A DNA stretch of 64,000 nucleotides from Chiloscyllium plagiosum. Its lineage: Eukaryota. Shown piece after piece: positions 37,120-49,802 of this stretch. Location of the stretch: positions 77,578,373-77,642,372 of the forward strand of contig NC_057719.1 of the NCBI RefSeq assembly GCF_004010195.1, given 5' to 3'. The position numbers and the translations under genes are program-made. The notes beneath the pieces were generated by a model. The model worked only from the letters and a program-made list of their open reading frames with translations, ran no database searches and had not been told where the DNA came from. Within the stretch, counting starts at the first letter, position 1, and every line of letters begins with the position of its first letter.

Positions 37120-38349
37120 TTCAAAGCGTTTGACAAAGTTTTCTATGGGATACTGGTTAGCAAGGTTAGATCTCATGGAATACAGGGAGAACTAGCCATT
37201 TGGATACAGAACTGGCTCAAAGGTAGAAGACAGAGGGTGGTGGTGGAGGGTTGTTTTTCAGATTGGAAGCCTGTGACTAGTGGAGTGCCACAAGGATCGG
37301 TGCTGGGTCCTGTACTTTTCGTCATTTATATAAATGATTTGGATGTGAGCTTAAGAGGTATAGTTAGTAAGTTTGCAGATAACACCAAAATTGGAGGTGT
37401 AGTAGACAGCGAAGAAGGTTACCTCAGATTACAACAGGATCTTGATCAGATGAGCCAATGGGCTTAGAAGTGGAAGATGGAGTTTAATTTAGATAAATGC
37501 AAGGTGCTGCATTTTTGGAAAGCAAATCTTAGCAGGACTTATACACTTAATGTTAAAGTCCTAGGGAGTGTTGCTGATTAGCAGGACTTATACACTTAAT
37601 GGTAATGTCCTAGAGAGTGTTGCTGAACAAAGAGACCTTGGAGTGCACGTTCATAGCTCCTTGAAAGTGGAGTCACAAGTAGATAAGATAGTGAAGCAGG
37701 CATTTGTTATGCTTTCCTTTATTGGTCAGAATACTGAATACAGGAGTTGGGAGGTCACGTTGAGGCTGTACAGGACATTACTTAGGCCCCTTTTGGAATA
37801 TTGCATGCAATTCTGGTCTCCTTCCTATCAGAAGGATGTTGGGAAACTTGAAAGGGTTCAGAAAACATTTGCAAGAATCTTGCCAGATTTAGAAGATTCG
37901 AGCTATAGGGGGAGGTTGAATAGGCTAGGGCTGTTTTCCCTGGAGCTTCGGAGGCTGAGGGGTGACCTCATAGAGGTTTATAAAATCAGAAGGGGCATGG
38001 ATAGGGTAAATACACAAAGTCTTTTCCCTGGGGTCGGGGAGTCCAGAACTAGTGGGCATAGGTTTAGGATGAGAGGGGAAAGATATAAAAGAGACCTAAG
38101 GGGCAACTTTTTCACGCAGAGGGTGGTACGTGTATGGTATAAGCTGCCAGAGGAAGTGGTGGAGGCTGGTACAATTGCAACATTTAAGAGGCATCTGGTT
38201 AGGTATATGAATAGGAAGGTTTTGGAGGGATGTGGGCTGGGTGCTGGCAGGTGGGACTAGATTGGGTTGGAATATCTGGTCGGCATGGATGGGTTGGACC
38301 GAAGGGTCTGTTTCCATGCTGTACATCTCAATGAACCTATGACTCTATG
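37120..38349 (+). mobile_element. Young CR1/HER1-like LINE: RT C-terminal half, ORF2 end and 3' UTR
   Basis: [56 protein letters not shown]; 49-bp tandem duplication at 37529-37626. Confidence 0.95.
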
Positions 38350-40055
38350 AAGTTTACAATAGCATGTAGCATTATGGATATTTTCTCAGCCTGATAAAGA
38401 TGTTATTATACACATCTGAAGCAGTTGGGACTTAAATGTGGGTCTCCTGGGTCAGAGCTAAGGACACCACTACAATGCCACAAGAACCCAACTCCCCCTC
38501 CTATTAAGAGAGTGGCTTGCTATGCTGATTCAGAGGGCAATCAGGAGTCAAGCACAGTGCTGTAGAGTCACATGTAAGCCAGATCAGGTAAGGACAGGGC
38601 TGAAAGGACATCAGTGAACCAGATGGGTTTTAAATGCAGTTTTCCAGAACATTACCTGCGTCTCTGGATTAATTGTCTAGCAATAAGCAATCACTTAGCC
38701 CCATCTCCCCTGCATTAAAGTTTGCATTATAAGGACATAGGTTTGACGTACATCAGTCAGTCATGCAACACAGCACCTGATTGTTTATAAACATGGTGTT
38801 AATAGAAACGTTAAAACAGTTCTCTGTTTTTCTAACTGTTGCTACCAAAGTTTTTGACTTTTTTAAAAATTCTGCTTGGCTTGGCAAATGTGTGCAACCT
38901 TACTTTACCTTTGTAAAATTACATTCCATACATGAATATTAGTTTTCGCTTTGCACAATAAAATGGATTCCAACTGAACTCCCCTGAGAGAGGGCTGAGG
39001 ATAACACATGCAGTAAATGAATCCCCATATCCATTAAGAGGGCAGCATGCCAGAGATGATAGGATGGCAGGCCATTCAGGGATACGGTGTTGCTATATTT
39101 GAAGAGGCAGCAATGCTCTGGCTTGTGTACTGATAATCGTCAGCTGTGCTCACACCTCAAACTCTGCCAACTTATTTCTGTGTCTTTGCTAGCTACAGTT
39201 GGCTGGATTGAAAGCCACAGTTGAATCAAATCAAATCAATCCCAAGTTTGCCTATTTTCCATTAAGTTCTGCTTAGCAATTACTCAAGCAAAAATAAAAA
39301 CTACATTGGCTTGATATATTGGCATTTGCTAAACCTATTTTCTGGAGGAATTCAGGATTTGGAGTTTAATTAACATCTGTTACTTTGGTATTAACAGACA
39401 AAGTATGACTCCTGAGTGCCCAGTAAATGCAGGAAACATAATCTGTTAAACTGTTTTATGATTGGGATTAAATCCTGCTGGACTTAAATTAACATAACTT
39501 CTTATTCCAGCTTCATAATTCATTTTCCAACTGACCATCCATTGTACATAAGCTCATTTTACAGAAATACTTGGAAACTTTCTACTTCCAAATGAATAGC
39601 ATGTAGAAAGACAATTACATACCAAGAAATTAGACAAGGAAGAAAACCCCTCAATCAAATAGGAAGATTTTCTGATTATCACCTGAATTATCTCTGCTCA
39701 AATGCCATCCTTCCATTATGAATGGGTAACAAATGCTGGATTTGTCCATGCCATTCAATTCTGAATTAGCTGGGTAGCTAAATGTAAGATACTGATATGC
39801 TGTAATCCTGCAAATCCTGCACTGCAAACCCCATTACTTCCAAGGACATCAAGCATCTGTGCCTAAAGATCTATAGGTCGGGAATTGACTTACTCAAGCA
39901 TGTGAAGAACTATAGCAGAAGCTTGCAATTCTGAGTAAACATCATCTTTGAATCAAGGGACAGCCAACGTGACAATCTCACAAGAGATGATTCAAGCAGA
40001 ATACTTCAAATGAAGCCAAAAATCTGTGGTTTAACAGCACACTGCTATTATCCAA

Positions 40056-40372
40056 TGGAATCCTTACAGTGTGGAAGCAGGCCATTCGGCCCATCAAGTC
40101 CACACAGATCTTCTGAAAAGCATTCCACACACCCAGCCCCCTACCCTATCCCTATAACCCTACATCTCCCATGGCTAATCCATCTAGCCTATGCATTCCC
40201 TGGTCAATTTAATCTGGCCAATCTACCTAAGCTGCACATCTTTGGACTACAGGAGGAAACTGGAGCACCCAGAGGAAACTCGCACAGAGAATGTGCGAAC
40301 TTCACACAGACAGTCGCTCAAGGGTGAAATCAAACTCGGACCCTGGTGCAGTAAGGAAGCAGTGCTAACCAC
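40056..40372 (-). mobile_element. HE1-like SINE, diverged
   Basis: acagtgtggaagcaggccattcggccc..gctgcacatctttggac..gcagtgctaaccact. Confidence 0.85.
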
Positions 40373-40604
40373 TAGAAGTGATAAATTTGCAAATAAGACC
40401 CTCTATTTCAATATTAAGTTATTAATTAATACAATGAGATTCCAATAGGATTCATGCAAGACAGTACCAGTCACATCCTGCCACCTATTTCACCACCTGT
40501 GCATTATCCATAAACTCTGCCTCCTGCTGTTCACCTTATTTCCTAACCAAGCCAATAATTTGCCATCAATTCCTTGGGCTTTAACTTCTGCTAAGAATTT
40601 TTTA

Positions 40605-41820
40605 TTTCATTTGTTCATCGGAATTGAGTGGTATGGACAAATCCAGCATTTGTTACCCATTCATAATTACTCTTGAGAAGGTGATTGTGAGCTCCCTTCC
40701 TGAATACTGCACTCCTTATGATGTTAGGAAGGCATTTACAATTTTGACCCAATGGCAATGAGGAAATGCTGATATAATTCCAAGTCAGGATGGTGTGTGA
40801 CTATGAGAAGAACTTGCAAATAGTGTTGTTCCTAAGCACCTATCATCTTTTCCTCAAGATGATGGAGTTAACTGGTTTGGACAGTGCTGTCCAAGATGCC
40901 TTTACAAATTTCTGCAACACCTCTTGTACATTGCACACTTTGTAGGTGTGGTGCATTGGTGTAATGGTAATAAATGTTTAAGGTTTCGTTTTAAGGTTTC
41001 AATTTACCATTGAGTGCTATGTCATGGATGCTGTTGGGCTTCTTGAATGTTGCTGGAGCTGCACTCATCCATGCAATTGGGGAAATTTTGATCACACTTC
41101 TAACAAATGCCTTGTAAATAGTGAGCAGGCATTGGCGAGTTGGGTGGTGAGTTAGTTGCTGTCAGATTTCCAAGTCCAGATCTGGTTTTGGAACCTTGGT
41201 GTGCTCATCCAGTTTATTTTCTGGTTATTGGCAACCTCAAGATATTGATGGCAGGCTATTCAGTGATGATAATGCCTTTGTATCCAATAGGAGATTATTA
41301 GATTTTCTTTCATTGGAAATGGTCACTATCTTGCACTTATGTGGCATGACTATTACTTAGTACTTATTCAACTGAAGCCTGAAAATTGCCAAAGATTTCT
41401 GGTTGCATGTATAGGTTGGTTCAGTATCTGATACGTTGGGGAATAAAACTCAATATTGTGCAATCATCAGGGAATATCCCAAATTTAGACTTTATAATGT
41501 AGGGAAATAAATGCATTGATAATGTCCTGAAGATGGTTGGGCCTAGAACATGACTTTTGAGGAATCCCTTTGTGATGTCCTGAGGCTAAAAGTATTGGAT
41601 AATAACAACTCCAACCCTCTTCCTCTATGCTTGCACTGAGCCTAACCATTCACTCCCATTTAATTGTACTAGAGGTCCTTGATGTCAGCTGCTCTCATGA
41701 TGTCAAGGGCAGTCACTTGCACCTGAGCTCTGGAATGTAGCTTTTTGTTTGTCCATGTTTGAAACAATTTGGGTTGGAATGATGTGGTATGGAAACCCAA
41801 ATCAAACATCAGTGAACAAG
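40605..41820 (-). mobile_element. Old CR1/L2-clade LINE fragment
   Basis: ccagcatttgttacccattcataattactcttgagaaggtg..ccaagtcaggatggtgtgtgac..tcctgaagatggttgggcctagaaca (reverse of an SVLGPTIF-type RT motif). Confidence 0.65.
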
Positions 41821-42774
41821 GAGAAGATCTTGCAGCTCCTGACAAACTTCTGAATTATGCAGAACGAGTCAATAGGTGGAATCTCATAGGGCCTGAATGC
41901 TGTTGGCTATGGAGAGAAGATCAGCAAGTCTTATCATGACATTGGGAAAACTTGTTGCATCTTCCAAGTGTTGAGGCGAGTTTCTTGCTCGGGAGCAACA
42001 AAATGACTAGTAAGAAGGATAAAGGCTTATCTGATTTGCTGCACATTGTGCCTCATTAATGTGCCGTTTCCTATCCTATCACCTCAAGCAAATTAAACAC
42101 TGAGAATCTCAATATGGAAGTTACAGTGAATACCTGGCGACTTCAGCTTGCTGCTTACTCCAAAGGACCTCCATGTTGGATACCAACATCTCAGGGCATG
42201 CCACATGAGCACCAGCCATATGCTCTCTACATCCATGGACATTGGCATTTGACATGCCAGCCTCTAAGAACCCTCATGGCACATCTCAGATCCACATAGA
42301 GATCATTTCTGCATTTCAATCCTGCAGCTCAGGGTGTACCGGCAACTATAATTGTAATGCTGCAGTAAGGACACAGTACATGAAGGGCAGCCTCTGATAT
42401 GAACCCTTGGTTAGCCAACCACTCTGGCTGATTAGAGTCAGGATCCTCTCCACATAAGGGCAAGGAGTTGAGTGTCAGGCAGCCCACCAACCATTTTGAC
42501 TCCTCCTGCCCTAGTTTGAGCTGTTTTCCTCTTGGAATGAGACAGTGACAGGAAATAAAAGAGACACAAGTGAATGGCACATTGTAAGTAAAGAGGTGTC
42601 TCCAGCAAGTGTGTCAGCAGCTCAGAAGCCATGAGACCTAACATTTTCAGAGATTGGGGTGGGTGAGAGCAAGTGCAAGAAGATGTTGCAGGCAACTGTG
42701 AGAGTGGTACAGATGTGGGGTGATGTGGCACAGATAGACTGTGAGGTATCAGAGTTGGTAAACACTGGCAGAGT

Positions 42775-43001
42775 GGAGTTTAGATCAGAGTGGTGCTGGA
42801 AAAGCACAGCAGGTCAGGCAGCATACAAGGAGCAGGAAGTTCTCACCACCCTGGAGGCTTCTGCCTCTATTCCTGATGAAGGGCTTTTGCCCGAAACATC
42901 GATTTTCCTGCTCCTCGGATGCTGCCTGACCTGCTGTGCTTTTCCAGTACCACTCTTATCTAAACTCTGGTTTCCAGCATCTGCAGTCCTCACTTTTGCC
43001 T
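42775..43001. mobile_element. Fold-back Penelope pLTR insertion with hammerhead-like motif (42869-42904)
   Basis: Inverted arms gtttagatcagagtggtgctggaaaagc../..gcttttccagtaccactcttatctaaac; TSD actggcagagt (42764-42774, 43002-43012). Confidence 0.9.
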
Positions 43002-43017
43002 ACTGGCAGAGTAGAGA

Positions 43018-43221
43018 CAGCTTCTTCCTATGTTGCTGTGCATTCTAGCAAATGGATGAGTTTGCACCAACCCAGGCGCCAACCACAGATCAGGCTGACA
43101 TGATCTGGTGTCCCTTGCCTGTCATGACGAAAAGAACGTCCCCTATCTGCACCAGCCCATCCACCAGGATCTCCAGGTCCTTGCCCACAAAGCAAGATGC
43201 CAATTTCCACTTCTCTGCCAT
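43018..43221 (-). pseudogene. Myb/SANT-like domain relic with in-frame stops
   Basis: MAEKWKLASCFVGKDLEILVDGLVQIGDVLF...QIMSA*SVVGAWVGANSSIC*NAQQHRKKL fits the F..E/DL..LV...W..VA..V....R...QC+KK pattern. Confidence 0.7.
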
Positions 43222-46076
43222 GACTGGGGCAAATTTCAGGAACTATGCAGGGCAGCTGACAGTCTTTGTCCAGGCATGCAATAGCCTTTTACAGGTGACT
43301 GAATTGCCAGGGATGCTGGTCCATTCCTGGATGTCTTGGGAGTGGTGAATTATTCCTTGTATAACTGGTAGTAGATTGGTGCTAGAACTGGGTAAGAGAG
43401 GCTCCATAGGTCTGTGAAATGAGTTTGTTCAGAAACAGTAAGAGATCTTGCTAGACCTCATGATGACAAACCTTCCAAGTATCAAAGGTGACACTTAAAT
43501 AATGTCAGATTCAGCCTCAGATGATTACTGATGACAGTAAAATGATTCTACGCATTAATAACTGATATCCAGGGAGTAGCTACAATAATTTAATTATGCC
43601 TTCACAATGTATGGCAAGAGAATCATATGGAATGATCGTGAGAAACAGAATTTTCTGAAGATATTCCATCAATGTAGATTTTCATACTAAATCTCAGCTG
43701 TTTCTATTTAATATTATAAGAACTTAAAACTTTGTTTAAAAAGTTATACTGCCAAAAGAAATGATCATGCCATGGGTTTAGACTGTATCAAACTGTAATT
43801 CTTCATGTTTAATTCCCCAATGGGGCATCATAATTGGTGTGGTTCTTTGGCTACCTTTGTTTAACTAATCCTTTTGTGGTCATTAACCATGTCATAACAA
43901 TTCCATTCAATGAAAAAAAAAAGAAATTCTGCATGAAACACGAAGCAGCATCTATTTATATTGGCCTACACCAATCATTCGAGAAAATTACAGTGTTTAT
44001 GCAGCTCCTATGTTTCTAACCATGTGGTTACAATATGTGAAATGGGTAGACGCATGACAGATAAAATTCAATGTAAGGTATTATGAAGTGATTAATTCTG
44101 GTAGGAAAAGTTGGGAGAGACTACATAAACTAAGCAGTGCAATTTCTAAAGCGGGGAGCAGCAACAGAGAAACTTTGATATCGATATATGCAAGACTGTG
44201 AATACTCAGGACTCATTGAATAGGGTGTTAAAAAGGATACAGAACCCTTGGCTTTATACAGGCATCCTAAGGCCAAAAGTAATGTTCTCTATGGATTACC
44301 AAGTTGACATGATAGAGAGGTTTATGTGCTCTGGCAATCCCTTGACTCCATGGAGCTAGTTTTGCCATCAGGTGTTGGATGCACTGCCAGAATTCTTCAG
44401 TTGTATAAATGACAGATTTGTGACAATTCACCTTTAGCTTAGACATCATCATCAGTGCTTCTGGCCTTACCCTTGGTTCTGATGAAGATGCAAAGGAAAA
44501 GTGCTACCCTAAAATTCTCACTGTCTTCCCAAAGGAAGAAAGATCATCTGTCTGAGGGGCTTCATTGCCAGGATTGGTTGCAATCTGATGTCTGGGATTA
44601 AATCATTGGGAAAAGCAAATGGCGCTCACCCACTGATAAAGTATACTCAGCATGACCTCATTATAACAAAACCTCTTCTGCCTGAAGAATAACTGCAAAA
44701 CCACACTAAGGCATCCTAAATCAAAACATTGGCACCTTCTGGATTATTTCATTGTTCTGGTCAAAGATCAAAGTGTTGTCTGTATTATTATATCCACTCA
44801 ACTGATGCTTGCTGGATCGACTTGTTTGATCAGTGATGAATATTCATGTAGCATCAAGACATCACAAAGTCCAAGAGGAATAGGGTCAATATCTTAGACA
44901 TAAAGCAATCCAAAAAGAAAGAGGAATCCAAGTTCAGCTCATACAAGTCTGCAAAATCCTCACATACCTAATTCCAGACCAGTTGGATCAAATAACGTCA
45001 GCACTTAGAGACAACCATGTGCTGACTGCTGGGCTTGAGCATCATTATTCCCAGGACTGGTGTAACAAAACAATGCGGAAATATGTGAACTCCTGAAACG
45101 AAAATGAGCGGCCTCATTGCTGGCAGAATAGCCCAAAGTTGCAAATTGGGAAATCTAGCTCACTTCAGCCTGTTCAGTCATTTAAAGGTATAAAACAGAA
45201 AGTCACAATCCTGAGTAGGCACAATCCTGAAATCAAGGGACTGCCACCAAAGCCATAGTTAAAAACAAGGACGTTATACTAAACTTGTAAAACACTTGTT
45301 AAGCCTCAGTTGCAACATTGTGTCTAATTTGAGGTCATCAAGGCTTTAGTGAAGTTTTACTAGATAGAATGGTACTCAGGATGAAATATTTAAGTAATCT
45401 GGAGATTGGAGGGAAACTGGTTTCCTGAGATCTCTTTAGAGCACAGAAGTTTAAGGGAAGATTTGTTTTAGGTTTGATTGAATAATCAAGGAGGAAGGAA
45501 TTTCCATTGTACATTCAGCCAACATAGAACACAAAATTAAGGTGATTGACAATCAAACAGGCAGTGTGAGCAAAAACAAATTTATTGTAACAATTTGGAA
45601 TGCATTGCCTGAAAGAAGCAATTCAATAAATGTAGTATCAGGGGTTAAGTTTGACTTTGTGATATGTGAGTGATACTCCGTATATGCATCATGACAGAAT
45701 GAGACACATTGTCACATGATATTTCTGTTGCAGCCTTGTGGCAAGATTAAGCCCTAGTAAAATGCAATCACAGTTAGATATATTTCTTCAATAAAATAAT
45801 GTTTTCATTCCCTCGGCTGATTCCATGCATGTTCTTTAGCAAGACAAAGCATGTTATTGGCAGTGAATGAAAGAACAGGCATAGAGATGTCTCTGCCATT
45901 GCTGGGAAACTGCAGACAGGTCACTAGACCAATCAAGCAGCGGTGTGGCTGAATTGGCACCAAAGATTTACAGATAACACACTGCATCAGATCTCATTAC
46001 AAAGCTGCACATTGAGGAGCTCAATATGCTATTGTGTACAATGGATGGCTGTCCACACAATAACCTACTCAGGCAA

Positions 46077-46274
46077 AGTTTAAAAAATCACACAACACCA
46101 GGTTACAGTCCAACAAGTTTATTTGGAAGCACTAGCTTTCGAAGCTTTCAAGTGATGAAGAAACAGTGCCTCAAAAGCTAGTGCTTCCAAATAAATTTGT
46201 TGGACTGTAACCTGGTGTTGTGTGATTTTTAACTTTGTCCAACCCTGACCAACACCAGCTCCTCCAAATCATGG
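46077..46274. mobile_element. Fold-back pLTR insertion of a second Penelope-like family
   Basis: ~63-bp inverted arms (aaaatcacacaacaccaggttacagtccaaca..actagcttt / aaagctagt..gtgtgattttt); TSD ctactcaggcaa (46065-46076, 46275-46286); degenerate tgatgaag..aaagcta core. Confidence 0.8.
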
Positions 46275-46714
46275 CTACTCAGGCAAGGAATTCACAAAGT
46301 AAGACGAAGTATTGAAAGCATTTGATGTCTACCTCAATCTGCAAATGAAAATACTATTGTCGAGTGGTCTACATTTAATAAATATATCCAACAAAAAGAG
46401 GGAAAATATTTATAATTTGATCAATGATCTGTACAAACTTGAATAAAGCTGTGTGTTTAGTGCCTTAAAAGATTAACTAATCAGAGACAGAGTTGTTGTT
46501 AGAGTCTTAGAAGAAACGTTGGCTGACCACATGCAATTGCGAAATGACTTAGCATTAACAAAGGTAATTCAACTGAGCAGACAAGCTGTGGACAAGAAAC
46601 AATTGATGATTCAAAGTGACAAGGAGAATCATATTTCGAAAAGGTTAGACTCAGCAGAGTATGTCAGGTTGAAAAGCTAAAACAGGCAAAAAAAGGCATG
46701 CGTCAAAATGACGC

Positions 46715-47152
46715 TCCAAAGCCTGTCCACCATCTACAAGGCACAAGTCAGGAGTGTGATGGAATACTCCCTTGCCTGGATGTGTGCAACTCCAGCACCT
46801 CTCAAAAAGCTTGATAACATCAGGACAAAGCAATCTGTTTAATTGGCACTACAGCAACAGGCTCCACCATGATGATCAGTAGCATCAGTGTGTGCTAACT
46901 ATTAGATGTGCTGCCACTGTAAGTTCCCCTCCAAGCCACTCACCATGCTGACTTGGAACCATATTGCCAATCCTTCACTGTCACATGGATGTCCCTCCCT
47001 AAGTGCATTGTGGGTCTACCTACAGCACTGCAGTGCTGTAGGTATACTGCAGTGGTTTAAGAAACAGGTCACCACCTCCTTCTCAAGGGTAGCTGGAGAT
47101 GAGCAACAAATGGCTCAACTAAAGACACCTACATCTCAAGAGTGAATAAAAA
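46715..47152 (+). mobile_element. Old CR1/L2-clade LINE 3' fragment
   Basis: gcctgtccaccatctacaaggcacaagtcaggagtgtgatggaatactc (LSTIYKAQVRSVMEY)..ccaagccactcaccatgctgacttggaa. Confidence 0.7.
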
Positions 47153-48088
47153 ACACTCCAGCTAACTGTTATCAGTGTTATAGGATAAAAAAAAAGACAC
47201 AGAGACCAAGTGGTATCTTTTTAAAGACAAAGGGACTTCCAGCAAGAATCTGATACTGAAGAAGCTACAAAATTCCTCAAAATATTGTAAGATCCATGAT
47301 ACATAAGATATCAATGATCCAGAGAATTCCTTGGAGATAGCCAGGAACCATATGGAAGCCCATGATGCTGATGTCCTAGTATATCCTTTATCTTAGACAC
47401 AGATGCACTGGACTTGGTTCTTTCTGATACTGAACCATGGCTGGAGAAACGTTCTCTTCAGCCACCATGTATGCATCAGGAGTTAGAACTGTGCTAATGC
47501 TCCAGTTACAAGAGAGGAAACTGACTGAAATCTGAGAACTGATATTGAATTAGAGCTATTCGCACTTGGGCAGGAGAGCCTCCACTGCATTACATTTGAT
47601 TTAGGTACCAAAGGAACTGGAAAGCTGAGAAGATCATCCTAAAGATGTCAGAGCTGAGCTTACGCAGTTATTCACAAAATTAAGAAAGCTGAAGAAAGTT
47701 ACTGCATCAGTCCACATCCTGAAACAAAGCCAGAGTGACTGTTTACACTCAAGATACCTCCAAAGTCATTCTCCTGCAGACCAGCGATTCTGCATTAGTG
47801 CTGAATTGGAGTCCTTGGACAGTTCTCTTTCTGCCCATCAAAGTCTGAGGGACCATGGAGAGGATTTTAATTCCCAAACTCCTCCAAAGGAGCTGAGGAC
47901 ACATTTGAGCAGATGAGTGAAACCATCAAAGCAGTTATTCCTTTAACAAAAAAATTGAAGTCAGAAATTTGAGTGAGATGTAATATAATGGGTAGAATCA
48001 GAGTTGGCATTACAAATGATTAGGTCAGACTGAGTGATATGCTATTGAGCCACAATATACATCATCACAGGAAATGATGCAATGTTAC

Positions 48089-48378
48089 ATAGAGTCATAG
48101 AGATGTACAGTATAGAAACAGACCCTTTGGTTTAACCCAACCATGCTGAACAAATATCCTAAATTAATCTAGTCCCATTTGCCAGCTCTTGGCCCATATC
48201 CCTCTAAACCCTTCCTCTTCATATAACCATCCAGATGCCTTTTAAATGTTTTAATTGTACCAGCCTCCACCACTTCTTCTGGCAGCTCATTCCGTATACG
48301 TATCACCCTACTTTCCTCTATTACCCTAAACCTAAGCCCTCTAGTTCTGAACTTCCTATTTATCCTATCCATGCCCCT
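48089..48378 (-). mobile_element. CR1/HER1-like 3' fragment with internal deletions
   Basis: RNELPEEVVEAGTIKTFKRHLDGYM; atagagtcatagag tail. Confidence 0.88.
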
Positions 48379-49580
48379 CCTGACTGATGTTGTTCACACA
48401 ATGGATTGAAGATTAACATTCAAAATAAATGTTTAGATAAATGCTAGGCATGGAAATAAATTGCAGAGCGATGGGAAAATACTAGATGATTTGGCAATAA
48501 TTGGGTAGGTCTTTCAAAGCACTGACTCAAGAATGTTGACCATGTAGTTCCTCGCATTCTGTATTAAATACTGCAATTATATGTATTATTTTATTCTTGA
48601 TGTGGTTAGTGTTCTCAAGTAGATGGCTGCCAAAACATTCGTCTCAAGGAGAGCGCTTTTGAGTTCTAAGCATTGTTTTTAATCGGTAATTGTGAGATAA
48701 GGTGGAGTAAGTGCGTAATAGGTTTTGTCTAGATCTGTGCCACACCTACAATTTCCTGGTGATCAATAACTGAGGCCAGGGACACAACTTTCTATGATCC
48801 TGCCACTAATGCGACATTAGCTGCGCACAGTGTGCATAATAGTAGGATCATTCTCTGAATTGGACACCATTCAATTCTTACCATGATAACTTTCAATAGG
48901 TCAATGCTTTCATTCAAAAAATGGACAAAAGAAGTTCATGTAAACCCATTTGTTACTGATCTCGATCAGCAAGATTGAAGACCTATTTACACACTTACTG
49001 TTGATGCTTTTGAACTTTACATGTTGTTTATTATTCAACAGAGTGAATGAAACACTTTTCTGCTTTTGAACCCATTGCCAAAAGCGAAAACTCTCAGGTA
49101 AGGTAATGTGTGAACTGCATTCATGATAAAGTTCAATTTACCCGTCTCCAATTGCATGCCTTAACTAGTGAGCCAGCATGGTGTTTCAGTTTGCAATACT
49201 AGACTTCTGTTTAACTTCTCTTGTATTTAGTTTCAATACTATGCTTTAAATAAGCTTCTGGATCTGCAACAATCTGCTGAAAATGTATTTGACTTTGGGA
49301 TCCTGCAGCCATTAAACAGAAAAGTCTTCCATCCTATTAGCTTAATAATAAACCCAGATTTAATCTCAGAGATTAAAATATATTGCATAGAATTAAATTG
49401 CTCAGAATTTATTGCACAGAAAAAGGCAATGCGGCCCAATGAATCTATGCCAGCACATATGCTACTCAAGAATCTTGCTTAATCTAACCCCATCAGCATA
49501 TATTCTGTTCCTTTCTCCTTTATGATCTAATCCAGCTTCCCCTTAAAGCATCTGTATTATTCAATGTGATCCATACACCA

Positions 49581-49802
49581 AGGAGAAAGTGAGGTCTGCA
49601 GATGCTGGAGATCAAAGTTGAAACTTTATTGCTGGAACAGCACAGCAGGTCAGGCAGCATCCAGGGAACAGGAGATTCGACGTTTCGGGCACAGGCCCTT
49701 CTTCAGGAATCCTGAAGAAGGGCCTGTGCCCGAAACGTCGAATCTCCTGTTCCCTGGATGCTGCCTGACCTGCTGTGCTGTTCCAGCAATAAAGTTTCAA
49801 CT
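49581..49802. mobile_element. Very young fold-back Penelope pLTR insertion; perfect 93-bp inverted repeat with back-to-back hammerhead-like motifs
   Basis: 49616-49708 is the exact reverse complement of 49710-49802; TSD ccatacacca (49571-49580, 49803-49812). Confidence 0.95.
49675..49710 (-). ncRNA. Minimal hammerhead-ribozyme-like motif (mirror copy on + strand at ~49707-49743)
   Basis: Identical to 14566-14601. Confidence 0.7.

Larger units (their letters stand above)
41875..43450 (-). mobile_element. Decayed Harbinger-like element (copy B); boundaries approximate
   Basis: Myb/SANT relic at 43018-43221; 42140-42310 is homologous to 62460-62640 and inverted relative to 2520-2580. Confidence 0.6.
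45631..48090 (+). mobile_element. Second Gypsy family, highly decayed and internally deleted
   Basis: gag-like INDLYKLE*SCVFSALKD*LIRDRVVVRVLEETLADHMQL at ~46420-46590; protease-like FILDTDA at ~47390; similar LTR-like starts at 45631 and ~47979. Confidence 0.6.

Noticed and set aside
37039..38260. 142-aa and 230-aa RT-like ORFs as a functional gene
   Set aside because: 5'-truncated CR1 ORF2 with a stop, a frameshift, a duplication and FADD changed to FADN
42775..43001. Fold-back elements as DNA-transposon MITEs
   Set aside because: Arms are asymmetric, TSD lengths vary from 10 to 16 bp, and the sequence matches the pLTR attached to GIY-YIG coding sequence, so a retroelement origin fits better
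49042..49097. Plus-strand micro-exon (caacag/...CAG/gtaagg)
   Set aside because: Stops in all three frames and no partner exons
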